Source: Tubulanus polymorphus (Eukaryota > Animalia > Nemertea). From it: a DNA stretch of 64,000 nt. Under the pieces are notes generated by a model. The model had not been told where the DNA came from, did no database searches, and saw only the letters and a program-made list of their open reading frames with translations. This document shows, piece after piece, positions 24,120 through 35,554 of the stretch. The position numbers were made by a program, and so were the translations under genes. Positions within the stretch are counted from its first letter, which is position 1. The number at the start of each line of letters is the position of its first letter. The stretch is from positions 12,928,485 to 12,992,484 of the forward strand of contig NC_134027.1 of assembly GCF_964204645.1 (NCBI RefSeq), in the 5' to 3' direction.

Positions 24120-27100
24120 ATGGATGCAATTCTTTCCGAGTTGAAACTTGATGAAGTAATAGAAACATTCCGGAGGGAAAATGTAAGGATAACTATTCAA
24201 TATAAGGACAATAAGCCCATCCATCCAGATATATACATAGGCCTACCACTTACCACCAGTGTCGAGTGCCGCCGCCGGCGGACGATACGTTGATGGATCT
24301 GGATGGATGGATCGTCGATATGGAGAAGATCCAGACCATATCGTCGCCCGGCACGTGCACCCACTCCCGGACGATCGTCTCCTGTTGATGGAAATGAATT
24401 GTGATATGTTAAGATCATTTTATTATTATAATGACTAATGACAGGCTAGGCAGCTTTACAAGCCTGAAGTAATGTCTTGTGACGTGTAATAAGGATGTAA
24501 ACTAAGTGCTCTTCTGGCTCTGGTATTTCTCAATAACCGGTAACAACATTTTTCCAGGCGCAGAGTCTAGGCCTACTCTCTCGAAGCGGTAACATAATTG
24601 GGCTCACAGCACAAGCGAGATAATGTGTTTTGCAGAATATTTTCATTATCTTATTCAGGTAACTCCAGCAGCTGTCGTAGCAATGCTCGACACTGACCTC
24701 ACCTCCATGGGAGTAACAAGAATGGGCGATCGAGCACTCCTGAAAGTGAAATGTCGGCACTTTATATCATCAACTAGTGTTAATCGTCCAAGTGAGTAAA
24801 TGGGAATTTACAATCATAAGTTGTAATAACGAGTACCAGTACTAAACCTATGCTTTAAATTTTTAGCTGTACCTATTCCGTCCTATGACATAGGCAAGGA
24901 GAGGAAAACTTTATTTACATCAAAAAAAGGATCCGAAAAACAAGTCGGCTATGATGAAATTAACTTTCTTTTGTCTAGGCAATCCTGACTGTGTAAGTTA
25001 TAGATTTTCATTCATATACCAGCAGTTCAGACATTGAAAAGTTAATAGGCCTATTGTAAAGCTGTTTTGATTAAAAAATACCAAAGTAACTGTACATTGT
25101 ATAACTCAAGTTAATAACTTACTTTTGCAGAAGTTATCTTCGAATTATCACTAATACGATCTGTTTCAATAATGGTTTTATTTCATTGCTTCCAGATGGT
25201 TATTCCGCATGACAGGGAAAGTAGAATTAGCCTGATACAGTCAGGATTGGGCGAGAAAACATTGGAAATAGAAAAAGATTCAACATTCATAGAACTTCGA
25301 GGTAAATTGTTCGAAGTGTTTCCACAGTTGTCCACCGGTGGTGGTTTCGAGTTTCTTGCTGCCAGGGCAAATAAAATGTTGGAGCTGCTTGACATTGAAA
25401 GCAGCTCCATCACACCGTATGCCTTGAAGAGCCTTGTGGCTCGAGGAAAAATCTATATTCGCCCCATACAAAGAGAGATATTGTCGCAAACTACTCCAAA
25501 GGTGAGTCAATGAACTATTTTCTGCTGTTCTTATAAATGATCTTAAGTATGAATAAAATTTGTTTCTGGTTGTAGGCGGAATCAGTGAAAGAAAAGTGCT
25601 TGAAATGCGATCAGGAATTTCCACTATCTTTGTTGAGGGAACACACTGAAAGCTGTGACGGGTATATATTTTTTCTTATTACAACGAACTTCACAGGACC
25701 AGAAAATCAGAACCCAGTTCCACAGTTGTGAGTTAAGATTTGACTCTGAGTTAAAACATTGAAAATGAACTAATTTTAACTCAGAGTTAACTCTAACTCA
25801 CTACTGTGGAACCGGGTCCTGTTGGTTAAAACCAGTATAAAATTAATTTGTCTTACTTGGGTCGCAATTCTATATACATGTATGTTATCCGTATCTGATG
25901 AATTGATTTATTGTTTGTTATGATGAGGATTCCACTCTACAGATGAAAGGAATTAAATTTTTAAATATTATTCTTAAATCGCTAGTTTGATCGATGATCT
26001 ACCGAAGATTTCAAATGCTGCTGCTGCTGCTGCTGCTGTTGCTGCTGTTAAGAGGAGCATTTCGTCTGTATGTATAGCTTGTAATATACATGTACATTGT
26101 AACAAGATGTTTCAGATTGCAGGCAATAACAGTTTATTATGTTTGTTGTAACTGCTGAATTAAAAAGTACACTCACTAAATATTTTATCAGTGATAAGTT
26201 TTCTATAATGGACCTAAGGATTATTATTATTATGGATTACAGACAAATGATGCAGAAAGAAATCCTAAACAAGTTCGGCCTAATTCAGCCTACAATTTCC
26301 ACAGGTACGTTTCTTCAGCAGCTATATTCCACATTCGCTGTATATGGTGATGTTGATGTATGTTTTACAATTCATCATCAGGTGTCAATACTACCTACCA
26401 TACATGTAAATGTAAGATATTCAATGCATTATTAGTTTCATAAAAAGCCGAGATGATTGTCTTAAATGGCTTGCTTCTTCCCAGCATCCTGGACACACCC
26501 TCTGATTCTTGTACTAAATTAGCTTATATAAAATGCATAATTGGTTTTATTTTAGGCACCAGGAGTTTATTGATCTTACTACCGATTTAGATATGATGTT
26601 TCCAGATGATGACAGTGATGCAGATTTGAATCAGGCAATTGCTAACAGCTTAGCCGAGGTGGTGGAACCACAATTGAAAGAGGAACGGTAAGCCACGGTC
26701 GTAAACTTTTCACTGTCAACGTGAATTGTATTAAACTCAGGAAATTGAAAAACTATATTTTCTTGCATTAACATTCATAGACAATTTCCTATCAGCTTTT
26801 CACGATGCCACATTCACACTTGTCATGGATAATCCAAATTTATTTTACAGTTACGGCATCATTATCTAAAAGAACAAAGGTAGTAGCATGGATATATTTT
26901 TGTTACCCAGTCTATATTCAGGTCTCTGCTTTTTATATGTCTATGTGTACTTTCTTAGGCTATCGGTGTGTAGATTTATTATATATGGTACATGTACATG
27001 CTTTCCTTCTCAATGGGGAACCCACAACACCAGCTATCTATGGAACGCGATTCACCCACCAGATGGCGACAGGTCTTCCGTTCTCAAAATCAGTTCATTG

Positions 27101-29300
27101 AATTTCATTGAACTGAATTTTTAGACTCGGGAATCCATATACTATGCAAATATGCAATAAATTCATTCTTTTACTTAGGTATCGGAAAGATAAGAGAAAA
27201 ATTCATTCAGATTTAATTAATCGAAATGTGGAAAAAATTGAACGCGGACGACCAACTATCTACCAGCGAACCTGGCGGATCCTCGCCTGCCATGAGTGGA
27301 ATCCTCGATTGCCGCAGTAGCGGTGTGTGGGTGCCCCATACACTCTAACCCTAACCAAAAAAAGTATTTGTTAACATTCACAAAAGCGACTGTAACCAAG
27401 TTTAAATCACATCATTATGTTGCACTTCATTAAGGTCTTTTCAATTTATTTCAAAGGTTAAATATAGAATGAAATATTTTCACTTTAGGGATGGCCGTTC
27501 TCTTGAGGTTATCGTAAAAGACCACGCTGCCAAGGTAGTTGAACAAGATTCCGAAGAGACATTGAGTTTCACGTGTAGAAGAAAGTTTATCTTTAAAGAT
27601 GCCGTTGCTAAGCTGAAGAGGACGAATTCTTCAAAACTAACCAAGCCTGTTCAAGTGACCTTCTTGGGAGAGGCTGGAATTGACAATGGTGGTCCTCGAA
27701 GGGAATTCCTGGAATTAGTCATTTCAGAGGCTGCTAGATCTCCGCTTCTTGTTGGGCCAGAAAATTCGAGATCACTGAGTCATGACTTGGTAGCTCTGGA
27801 TAACAGATCTTTTTTTCATTTTGGCCAGTTAATAGCTTTGAACCTTATTCATGGCGGGGCTGGGGCCCGCTTTTTTAATTCATTAATTGCCAAAATTATC
27901 CTGTCCGAGAAGTATGATGCCAAAACAATCGTTGTCGAAGAAGTGCCTGATGTCGATTTACGCAAAAAACTACAACAGGTGTAGTATTCATTGATTTTTT
28001 TAGCCCATTTGTACTGAAGTCCTAGTGGGCTGTTGCATTCACTTTTTAGCCCACTTGGGCTATTGCTAATTCCTCGACCTGTAGCTTCCTAATGAGTTTC
28101 AAGCTCATTGATTTGTATATGTTTACCATGATGTTGAATATTGAATTGTCAAATTGTCAAGCATTTCACAAAGTAGGCATGGTTTCCCTGGACTCTCAGT
28201 TCAAGAGTTTGTATTCGGGTTCATTATAAGACAGTACTAATACACTTTTGATTGTTTCAACTTTCTTTTGCAGCTAAATGAGATTTGTGACGAAGCTGAA
28301 TTGGTGAAATTTGTAGATGAAAATCTAGAATGTCGCTTTGAAATGGGCTTTACAAAACCCTCTATTTTCATAAAATTGTCCGACAAACAAAAGATAGTAG
28401 AGTATCTGGCCTTGAACTCCCTGGTTCACCGTTCAAAATCAGAGCTAAACCAACTTCTAGAAGGTTAGTATTTTACAGTTTAGCAGTAGAATTTGCGAAT
28501 GCAGCTATATTACATTTCGGTCTCAGCTTGGGTTTAAGGTTGTTTTCTGTTCACGCAGAGAGCTCGGTACGATTCTGTTCATTAGGGCTACAATGTTTGA
28601 ATTCTTGTACATCTTATGTTATGCAGGCATGTCGACTCTCGGAGTTCTGGATCTCATCCGCAAATTCCCCTCATCATTCGAAAAGGTCTTTAGTGGGGCT
28701 CCAAGTCCAATGTCCGTAGACTACATGACACAGTTATTTCATGTTGATTACTCCCCTCCTGGATCAAATAAGAGGGTAGAAGAAGAACAAATTATCATGA
28801 ATTGGACGTTCTTACTCGAAGAATCATTTGGTAGGTTTAAGCACCTCCTGGTGTTATCATTTATACATCTACAGTCAAAATCCATTTTAAGGCTGCTATT
28901 CTTTTTAATTTCACTTTTATTTTTCACAGAACAAACTTATGTAACAAAATTATTATTTCTCTGCATTCTGAACTTGATAATTGAAACAAACAATGAGTTA
29001 TTTTCATTAAATTCTGTTACAGAAGGCAATATCAAGGAAAAAACAGATGTTGGCGAGATGACCCTGTCCTTGGAGGATATTCACATGTTTGTCACAGGAT
29101 CTTCTCAGAAACCAATAATAGGTTTCCACCACAAGCCTAGGATCGAGTTCAATCATAGTGGTGATGGATACTTAGTACATGCCAATACTTGTGCCTTGGT
29201 AATAAGACTTCCAGTGAATAAAAAGATGCTTGAGGTTAAAAGTTTTGTCAAGGAGATGACATTTTGTATATACAATTCCCCGGGATTTGGATGTATATAA
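24120..29300 (+). CDS. Multi-exon HECT E3 ubiquitin-ligase-like cargo gene (SAM, Ubl-like, UBZ, UIM, HECT); probable frameshift near 24925
   Basis: SAM-like DTDLTSMGVTRMGDRALL (24659-24791); CLKC...EHTESC finger (~25590-25660); UIM-like DADLNQAIANSLAE (~26617-26658); HECT motifs FLGEAGIDNGGPRREFL, FVTGS and HANTCALVIRLP with catalytic Cys. Confidence 0.8.
25708..25821. repeat. Short palindromic MITE-like repeat
   Basis: CAGAACCCAGTTCCACAG...CTGTGGAACCGGGTCCTG; a diverged copy lies at ~53151-53259. Confidence 0.6.
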
Positions 29301-29581
29301 AATGATTTTATACATGCATTCATTTTAAATGGATATTCGAAGTAAATCAACATGAAATCCTCATGACACACATCCCATTTGTTTGTATGTTTTATTTACT
29401 ATGTATTAAGTCGGATAATAGTCCTAGAATCTTTACCCTTTAAAGCTCAAAGCACCCTTTTTGTCAATAGCTAGTATGACGGTGGTCGGGAATTGGGCCT
29501 GATCCCTCACGAATATAAATTCCGTCCCCGCCCAGCATACTGGTTGTTGACTCTTAAAAGTGCCCCCTCTTGGAATTTATC

Positions 29582-29849
29582 AGTAATAGGGATAATAGGC
29601 TTTCAAGCCAAAGGTCGAACGGTCGAGCTTGTAAAAAATGAAAAAACATAAAAATAATTACAATTTCTACTTGAATTACTCGCGAAACTCATAAAAATGA
29701 AAAATAAATTCTCACACGCTCGAATTTATTTTTCATTTTATGAGTTTCACTCCTAATTCAAGTAGAAATTGTAATTATTTTTATGTTTTTTCATTTTTAC
29801 TCACCCGCCCGTTCAACCTTTAGCTTGAAAGCCTATTATCCCTATTACT
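29582..29849. repeat. Terminal imperfect palindrome (fold-back), left end of element B
   Basis: AGTAATAGGGATAATAGGCTTTCAAGC...loop TCACACGCTC...GCTTGAAAGCCTATTATCCCTATTACT. Confidence 0.92.
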
Positions 29850-31143
29850 CTTAAAATATTCACATAAATGAATAACATTTAAATCATTGAACTTCTAAAA
29901 TCAATTTTAATAAAAAATATAGTATTAAAATGGAAGCAAATAAATACTACTGCCCAACATGTAATATCGATATAGATAAATCCCAAAAAGCAAGACACAA
30001 TAAAACTAGAACACATTTGTTTTTAGTCCAGTTGGTTAAAGCAAAGACATTTATCGAATTATGGAACTCAACACATAGTGAAAAATACGTTGAATCGTTA
30101 TAAACGCCTGATAATACTCAGCTATATAGTTGGTTGTATTAACTCTAGTAAACATATGTTACCAGCTTATATTTCAATTGTAAAGAGTTAATTAATTTCA
30201 TTGATCTAAATGTCTTTATTATTGATTTTTTTTTCAACTATATTTACAAGTCTCAACGCGTTGTGTATACGGCGAACGTTAGCGAATCACAAATCTCATA
30301 ATTTACAAGTCTCAACGCGCTTTTTAGATGTTTCTGGACAACTAAGCTCTAACCAATCAAAAGTCTCTTAATTCGCAAGTCTCAACACACTTGTTCTAGA
30401 TGTTTCTGGATATAGAATAGTATAAATAGGCGCGCACATCCGACGCTTAACAGAGCTATAGAATAAATCTATAAATTCACAGCTGTTACAGCTGTTACTC
30501 GCTGAGATATTATGAATCATTATTACAAACATGCAGAGAATATTCTAGAAAGGCGCGCCGGAACTAGATGACGTGGCATAATCAACGACGTGTTCATTCT
30601 AGAAATCACCCCGGAAATGGACATACGCTGTAATATTGTGCTCAGGATATTCTATCTTTCGAAACGAAATTAGGAGTTTATAGTATACAATTATAAATCT
30701 AAATGTAAGTACTGTTTGTTGTAGTTATTAAGGCTATTAAATACGAAACCTTTAGATATATTTAAGTGTATTTAGTATATATTTTAGATGGTTAGAGTTA
30801 CCGCTAATATCTTTTAGATTAATGAAACGTCATACACATCAAGAAGCGATAAAGAAACTCAAGATACTCTTTCTGACTGAGGAATCAACAGCAATGGATA
30901 TCGAACCAATAGAATCACCAAAAGATCGAAGAAGAAATATAATAATTTCAAAAACATTAAGACTCCAATGATTAAGTTTAACATTTGTTGATGTAGTTAA
31001 ATATTTACCAGCAATTGAAAAAATGTTTGTAATTATAAATTGTATTTATAGAAATCAAATGATGTATTAGAAGAAATGACTGAACAACTTGTATAATGTA
31101 TTGTGTAAATCTGATTTGTGAATTTTTATGTTCAGTCGTTTCT

Positions 31144-31441
31144 ATTATGATTAACGCATGCGCATTAAGCAAAACCGGCCATAAATAGCCGCATGTGACA
31201 CATGTAACGCATGTGACGAGGGACATGAATGCGTTTGAATTTTCTATGTTCAGTTGTTTCTATTTTACAGAATGAATATATAATTATGATTAACGCATAC
31301 GCATTAAGCAAAACCGGCCATAAATGGCCGCATGTGACACATGTAACGCATGTGTTGTTTCTATTTTACAGAATTTATAGAATGAATTTATAATTATGAT
31401 TAACGCATGCGCATTAAGCAAAACCGGCCACAAATGGCCGG
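31144..31441. repeat. Three ~50-72-bp direct repeats
   Basis: ATTATGATTAACGCATGCGCATTAAGCAAAACCGGCCA... at ~31144, ~31283 and ~31393. Confidence 0.85.
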
Positions 31442-31577
31442 CCGCTTGTATTATTTAGATATCAAGGAATCGAAACGACTTATCAAAAGCAACGAGGAAT
31501 GAAAAAGGATGACGTTGGTCGAAGAAATGGAAGAGGATTATAAATTAACCAATTTAGTAAAAAAATACGTATAATAA

Positions 31578-32243
31578 ATGGAACCAGAACAACCACAAAT
31601 TATCAATATTACAAATAACACTGGCGTTATAAACATATATTACAAGAAGTGTTCTAAATGTGAATTAGATAAATCATTAACAGAATTTAGTAAGCGTAAG
31701 ACTAGCAAAGATGGTTTTCAATATTACTGTAAAACTTGCATTAAACTATATACCAAACAATATCGAGAAGATAATATAGAACATTATAAATATTATATGA
31801 CAAAATATATGAGAGAAAGATATCAAACAGATCTTAATTTTAGATTGAAACAATGCTTAAGGTCTAGATTAACACAATTATTCAACAAAGAAACACATTC
31901 AGAAACACTATCTGATCTATTGGGTTGTTCAGATGAATTTCTCAAATCATGGATTATATTTCAATTCGATGATAAAATGAATATAGATAATTATGGGGAT
32001 CATTACCATATTGATCACGTGTTACCAATATCTAAATTTAACATGAATGATGAATACAATAAAAAACTTATTTGGGGTTGGAAAAATTTAAGACCTTTAG
32101 AAAAGAAAGAAAATCAAATCAAATCTAATAAACTAGATTTACAGTTATATTTAGAACAGTTAACAAAAGCAAAGAAATTTATTGATCAATGGAATAATAA
32201 TCCAAATAATGAACAATACGTTGAGTCTTTAATGAGTGGTTAA
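31578..32243 (+). CDS. HNH/EndoVII-like endonuclease of a type common in large DNA viruses
   Basis: CSKC...EF......DG....CKTC N-terminus; LLGCS...NYG..YHIDHVLP...NLRPL...EN..KSNK. Confidence 0.75.
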   Translation: MEPEQPQIINITNNTGVINIYYKKCSKCELDKSLTEFSKRKTSKDGFQYYCKTCIKLYTKQYREDNIEHYKYYMTKYMRERYQTDLNFRLKQCLRSRLTQLFNKETHSETLSDLLGCSDEFLKSWIIFQFDDKMNIDNYGDHYHIDHVLPISKFNMNDEYNKKLIWGWKNLRPLEKKENQIKSNKLDLQLYLEQLTKAKKFIDQWNNNPNNEQYVESLMSG

Positions 32244-32468
32244 AGAATAATAGATTTTAAATAAAATATAATAAAAATTACATACCTTCAACTATCTATT
32301 ATTTCTATTTTAATTTTTAATATTTTCTTTTCAAAAAAGAATACTTTATATAACAAATAAAAAATACTAAAAAAACAATAACTAATACTAGAATTCTTTA
32401 GCTTTAACTATCTAGTATCATTTGAAGAATACTTATAATACTATTCTTATTAAATTTCTCTAATATAA

Positions 32469-33074
32469 ATGTCTAAGAAATCGAATAAGAATAATATTAA
32501 AGTTGAAAAAACTTTGGAAGATTTAGGTCTAACAGATGATAATGATAATGTGGCAACTAAATGTGATAATAAAATTGATAGTAATATTGATTATGAATAC
32601 TATTTATATTGTAAGTATCATCTAGAACTATTGATTGCGAGTGGAAAAACTAAAGAGTTTATTGGTAAAACAATAACTTTTCAAGAATTAGATAATATGA
32701 ATAAAGAAAAAGTAATAAAATATTTTAAGATTTATGAAGAAGCTCGATTAGCTAGAATAAATGATTCTATTTCAGATGGTATTGTCAAATGTTATTCTAA
32801 GTTATGTAACCAGTTAATACCAATTGATGATGAAAATAAATTATATAGTGATTTGAAAAATGACTACTTAGTTATGACTGAATTACAAAAATGGGTCAGT
32901 TATGCTTCATTCCAATTAGGATCGGTTATGACATTAATTTCTACTGGTGTCATAACATTTTCGAACATCAAACCTATGGAATATAAATCAGGTAAGAACG
33001 AAACAGATGTACTACAACCAAACAGTGAAACAGAAAATGAATCAGAACAAAAATTAACTAAAATAAATGAGTGA
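32469..33074 (+). CDS. Conserved ~200-aa protein
   Basis: Homolog of 58744-59334; TAAATG start. Confidence 0.8.
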   Translation: MSKKSNKNNIKVEKTLEDLGLTDDNDNVATKCDNKIDSNIDYEYYLYCKYHLELLIASGKTKEFIGKTITFQELDNMNKEKVIKYFKIYEEARLARINDSISDGIVKCYSKLCNQLIPIDDENKLYSDLKNDYLVMTELQKWVSYASFQLGSVMTLISTGVITFSNIKPMEYKSGKNETDVLQPNSETENESEQKLTKINE

Positions 33075-33462
33075 TGGAGTTAAGAAAAAGGCTAGATCAG
33101 AGAAACAAATTAAATGGGCAAGAGAATTAGGTAAAAGATCTTCAGAATTAAAAAAAGCTAAGAAAAAGAAATTAACTGATATAAATGAATCACAGAAATT
33201 ATCTGATGGTGCCGTACAGCACCCACACGGTGGTATTGATTCAAATAATAATCCATCTAATTCTTCTAATGCTGGAAGTAATTATAAATTATATATTACA
33301 ATTGGATTAGTAACAGTTATTATATTATCCGGTGTAATATATAAATCAAAATTCAAATCTGATGATAAATATGATTCCAATGATGATAAACCTATTATAC
33401 CAGAAAATAAGTCAAATCATAAATCAAATGAAAATAAATCTAAAATATTATTAATGGATTAA
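33067..33462 (+). CDS. Single-TM protein with basic N-terminus
   Basis: RSEKQIKWARELG...LYITIGLVTVIILSGVIY; homolog of 58443-58796. Confidence 0.75.
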   Translation: MSDGVKKKARSEKQIKWARELGKRSSELKKAKKKKLTDINESQKLSDGAVQHPHGGIDSNNNPSNSSNAGSNYKLYITIGLVTVIILSGVIYKSKFKSDDKYDSNDDKPIIPENKSNHKSNENKSKILLMD

Positions 33463-33468
33463 AATAAG

Positions 33469-34554
33469 ATGAAAAAAGAACAATATTTAAGAGATTTATA
33501 TTATAACCCAGAAAGTGAAGTTTCATATTCAAATGTTTCGGAATTATGGGATAAAATTAAATCTGATAAAGAAAAAATAAAATATAGTGAATTAAAATCA
33601 TGGTTACAAAATCAACCCACATATCAAATTCATAAAAAGATGGATAAAAAATATTTAACAAGAAAAGTAATGGTTTCATATATCGACCAACAATGGCAAG
33701 CTGATTTAATTGATATGAAAAACTGAGAAGAATATAACAAAGGATATTTTTGGATACTAAATGTTATAGATATATTCAGTAGATACGCATGGAGTATCCC
33801 GATTAAAAATAAAACTGGTATAGAAGTTACAAATTCTTTCAAATTAATATTTAAAGAAGCTATTCCAGATAAGATACAATTTGATGAAGGTAAAGAATTT
33901 TATAACAAACATTTTAAAAAACTATTAACTGATAACGATGTAGAATATTTTTCAACACATTCAGATAAAAAAGCATCTGTTATAGAAAGATTTAATAAAA
34001 CATTGAAAACTAGAATGTGGAAATATTTCACCGCTAATGAAACATATAAATATATCGATGTGTTAGATGATTTAGTTAAAGGTTATAATAATTCTAAACA
34101 TAGTTCGATAAATATGAAACCTATACAAGCTAGAAAAGAAGAAAATTCAGAAATAGTTTGGAATAATTTATATGGAGCATTTGTTACACATGATTTTGGA
34201 GAACCTAAATTTAAAATAGGACAACATGTTAGAATTTCTAAATATCGAAAAACATTTTATAAAGGTTATACCCCTAATTTTACTGAAGAAATATTTAAAA
34301 TTAAAAAGATAATATTAACTAAACCATTTGTTTATAAATTGTTTGATTTAAAAGATGAAGAAATATTAGGTTATTTTTATGAACAAGAATTATCATTAGT
34401 ACCAAATCCAGATGAAATAGAATACAAAATAGAAAAAGTATTGAAAACAAAAACTCTTAAAGGAAAAAAGTATTCTTTGGTGAAATATAAAGGATATGAT
34501 GATAAATTTAATGAATGGATTTTATCTAGTAAAATTAAAAGAATAAATGAATAA
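33469..34554 (+). pseudogene. rve integrase with chromodomain; one in-frame stop at 33724-33726
   Basis: WQADLID, QFDEGKEF and IERFNKTL in one frame broken by a TGA. Confidence 0.88.
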
Positions 34555-35161
34555 AGATTTGTTTATATTTGAACCACATAATATGTTAGTTACTGGAGTT
34601 ACAAATTGTGGTAAAACACACTTCATATTATATTTATTAGAAACTATTTATAAAAATCATTTTGATAATATAATATTATTCTGCCCAACTTATGAAATGA
34701 ATGAAACGTATAATAGAGATATAGTTTTTAAAGATAAAAAGTTTATTATATTAAATTCTAAAACAGTGAAAGATAATTTAGATAATTGTATAAAAATTGC
34801 ATTAGATATTTATAAAGGATCTAATACATTATTTATTATCGATGATTGCGCAAATTTACATGATTCTAAAATTAGAGAAAGTGAGTTATGTTATTTAGCT
34901 TTCTCTGGTAGACATTTTGGGATAACAACATGGGTTTTAAATCAAAAATATAATTCAATTGTTAAAGACTTTAGAGAGAATATAAGATTTCTAGTTTTAT
35001 TCTACAACAAAGATAGAAAATCTATGCAACAATCATTGGAAGAAAATCAAATTATACCTACTGAATTACATGATGAATATATGAATAAATTAAAGAATAA
35101 TAAAGGTTCAAAATTATTACTGAGATTACAATTTCCATATGAATATAAATTTATAAAATAA
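34547..35161 (+). CDS. A32-like packaging ATPase
   Basis: GVTNCGKT, FIIDD, SGRH motifs. Confidence 0.9.
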   Translation: MNKDLFIFEPHNMLVTGVTNCGKTHFILYLLETIYKNHFDNIILFCPTYEMNETYNRDIVFKDKKFIILNSKTVKDNLDNCIKIALDIYKGSNTLFIIDDCANLHDSKIRESELCYLAFSGRHFGITTWVLNQKYNSIVKDFRENIRFLVLFYNKDRKSMQQSLEENQIIPTELHDEYMNKLKNNKGSKLLLRLQFPYEYKFIK

Positions 35162-35190
35162 AATCCTAATTTGGAATATTATAGAAACTA

Positions 35191-35521
35191 ATTTATATAT
35201 CTATGTACTAGACGTACGAGTAAGAAAGTAAGATTCTTACCTTTTTACTTTCTTGGCAAGAATCTTAGATTCTTACGTACGTCTAGTCCATAAAAATATG
35301 AATTATTAAATGAAATATATAATAATGAATAAATCATATATTAAAACTATGTTTATAATTTATATTTATAATTTATGTTTATAATTCATATTTATAATTT
35401 ATATTTATAATTTATGTTTATAATTTATGTTTATAATCTATGTTTATAATTTATATTTCTTGGCAAGGATTCTTGGATTCTTACTTTCTTACTCGTACGT
35501 CTAGTGCATAGATATATAAAT
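35191..35521. repeat. 43-bp inverted repeat enclosing a 12-bp AT tandem array, between convergent genes
   Basis: Arms 35191-35233 and 35479-35521 (one mismatch); TTTATAATTTAT(A/G) repeats at ~35352-35457. Confidence 0.85.
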
Positions 35522-35554
35522 AGTTTTATAGATATATAAATAGTTTTATAATAA

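Noticed and set aside
26016-26048. (GCT)n run as a distinct feature
   Set aside because: It is a simple microsatellite, probably a poly-Ala stretch in a small HECT-gene exon.
27345-27357. CTAACCCTAACC as a telomeric repeat
   Set aside because: Only two units; too short to be meaningful.
24120-29300. Ordinary host G2E3/HECT gene
   Set aside because: It is enclosed by transposon TIRs with a TSD that interrupts a retrotransposon ORF.
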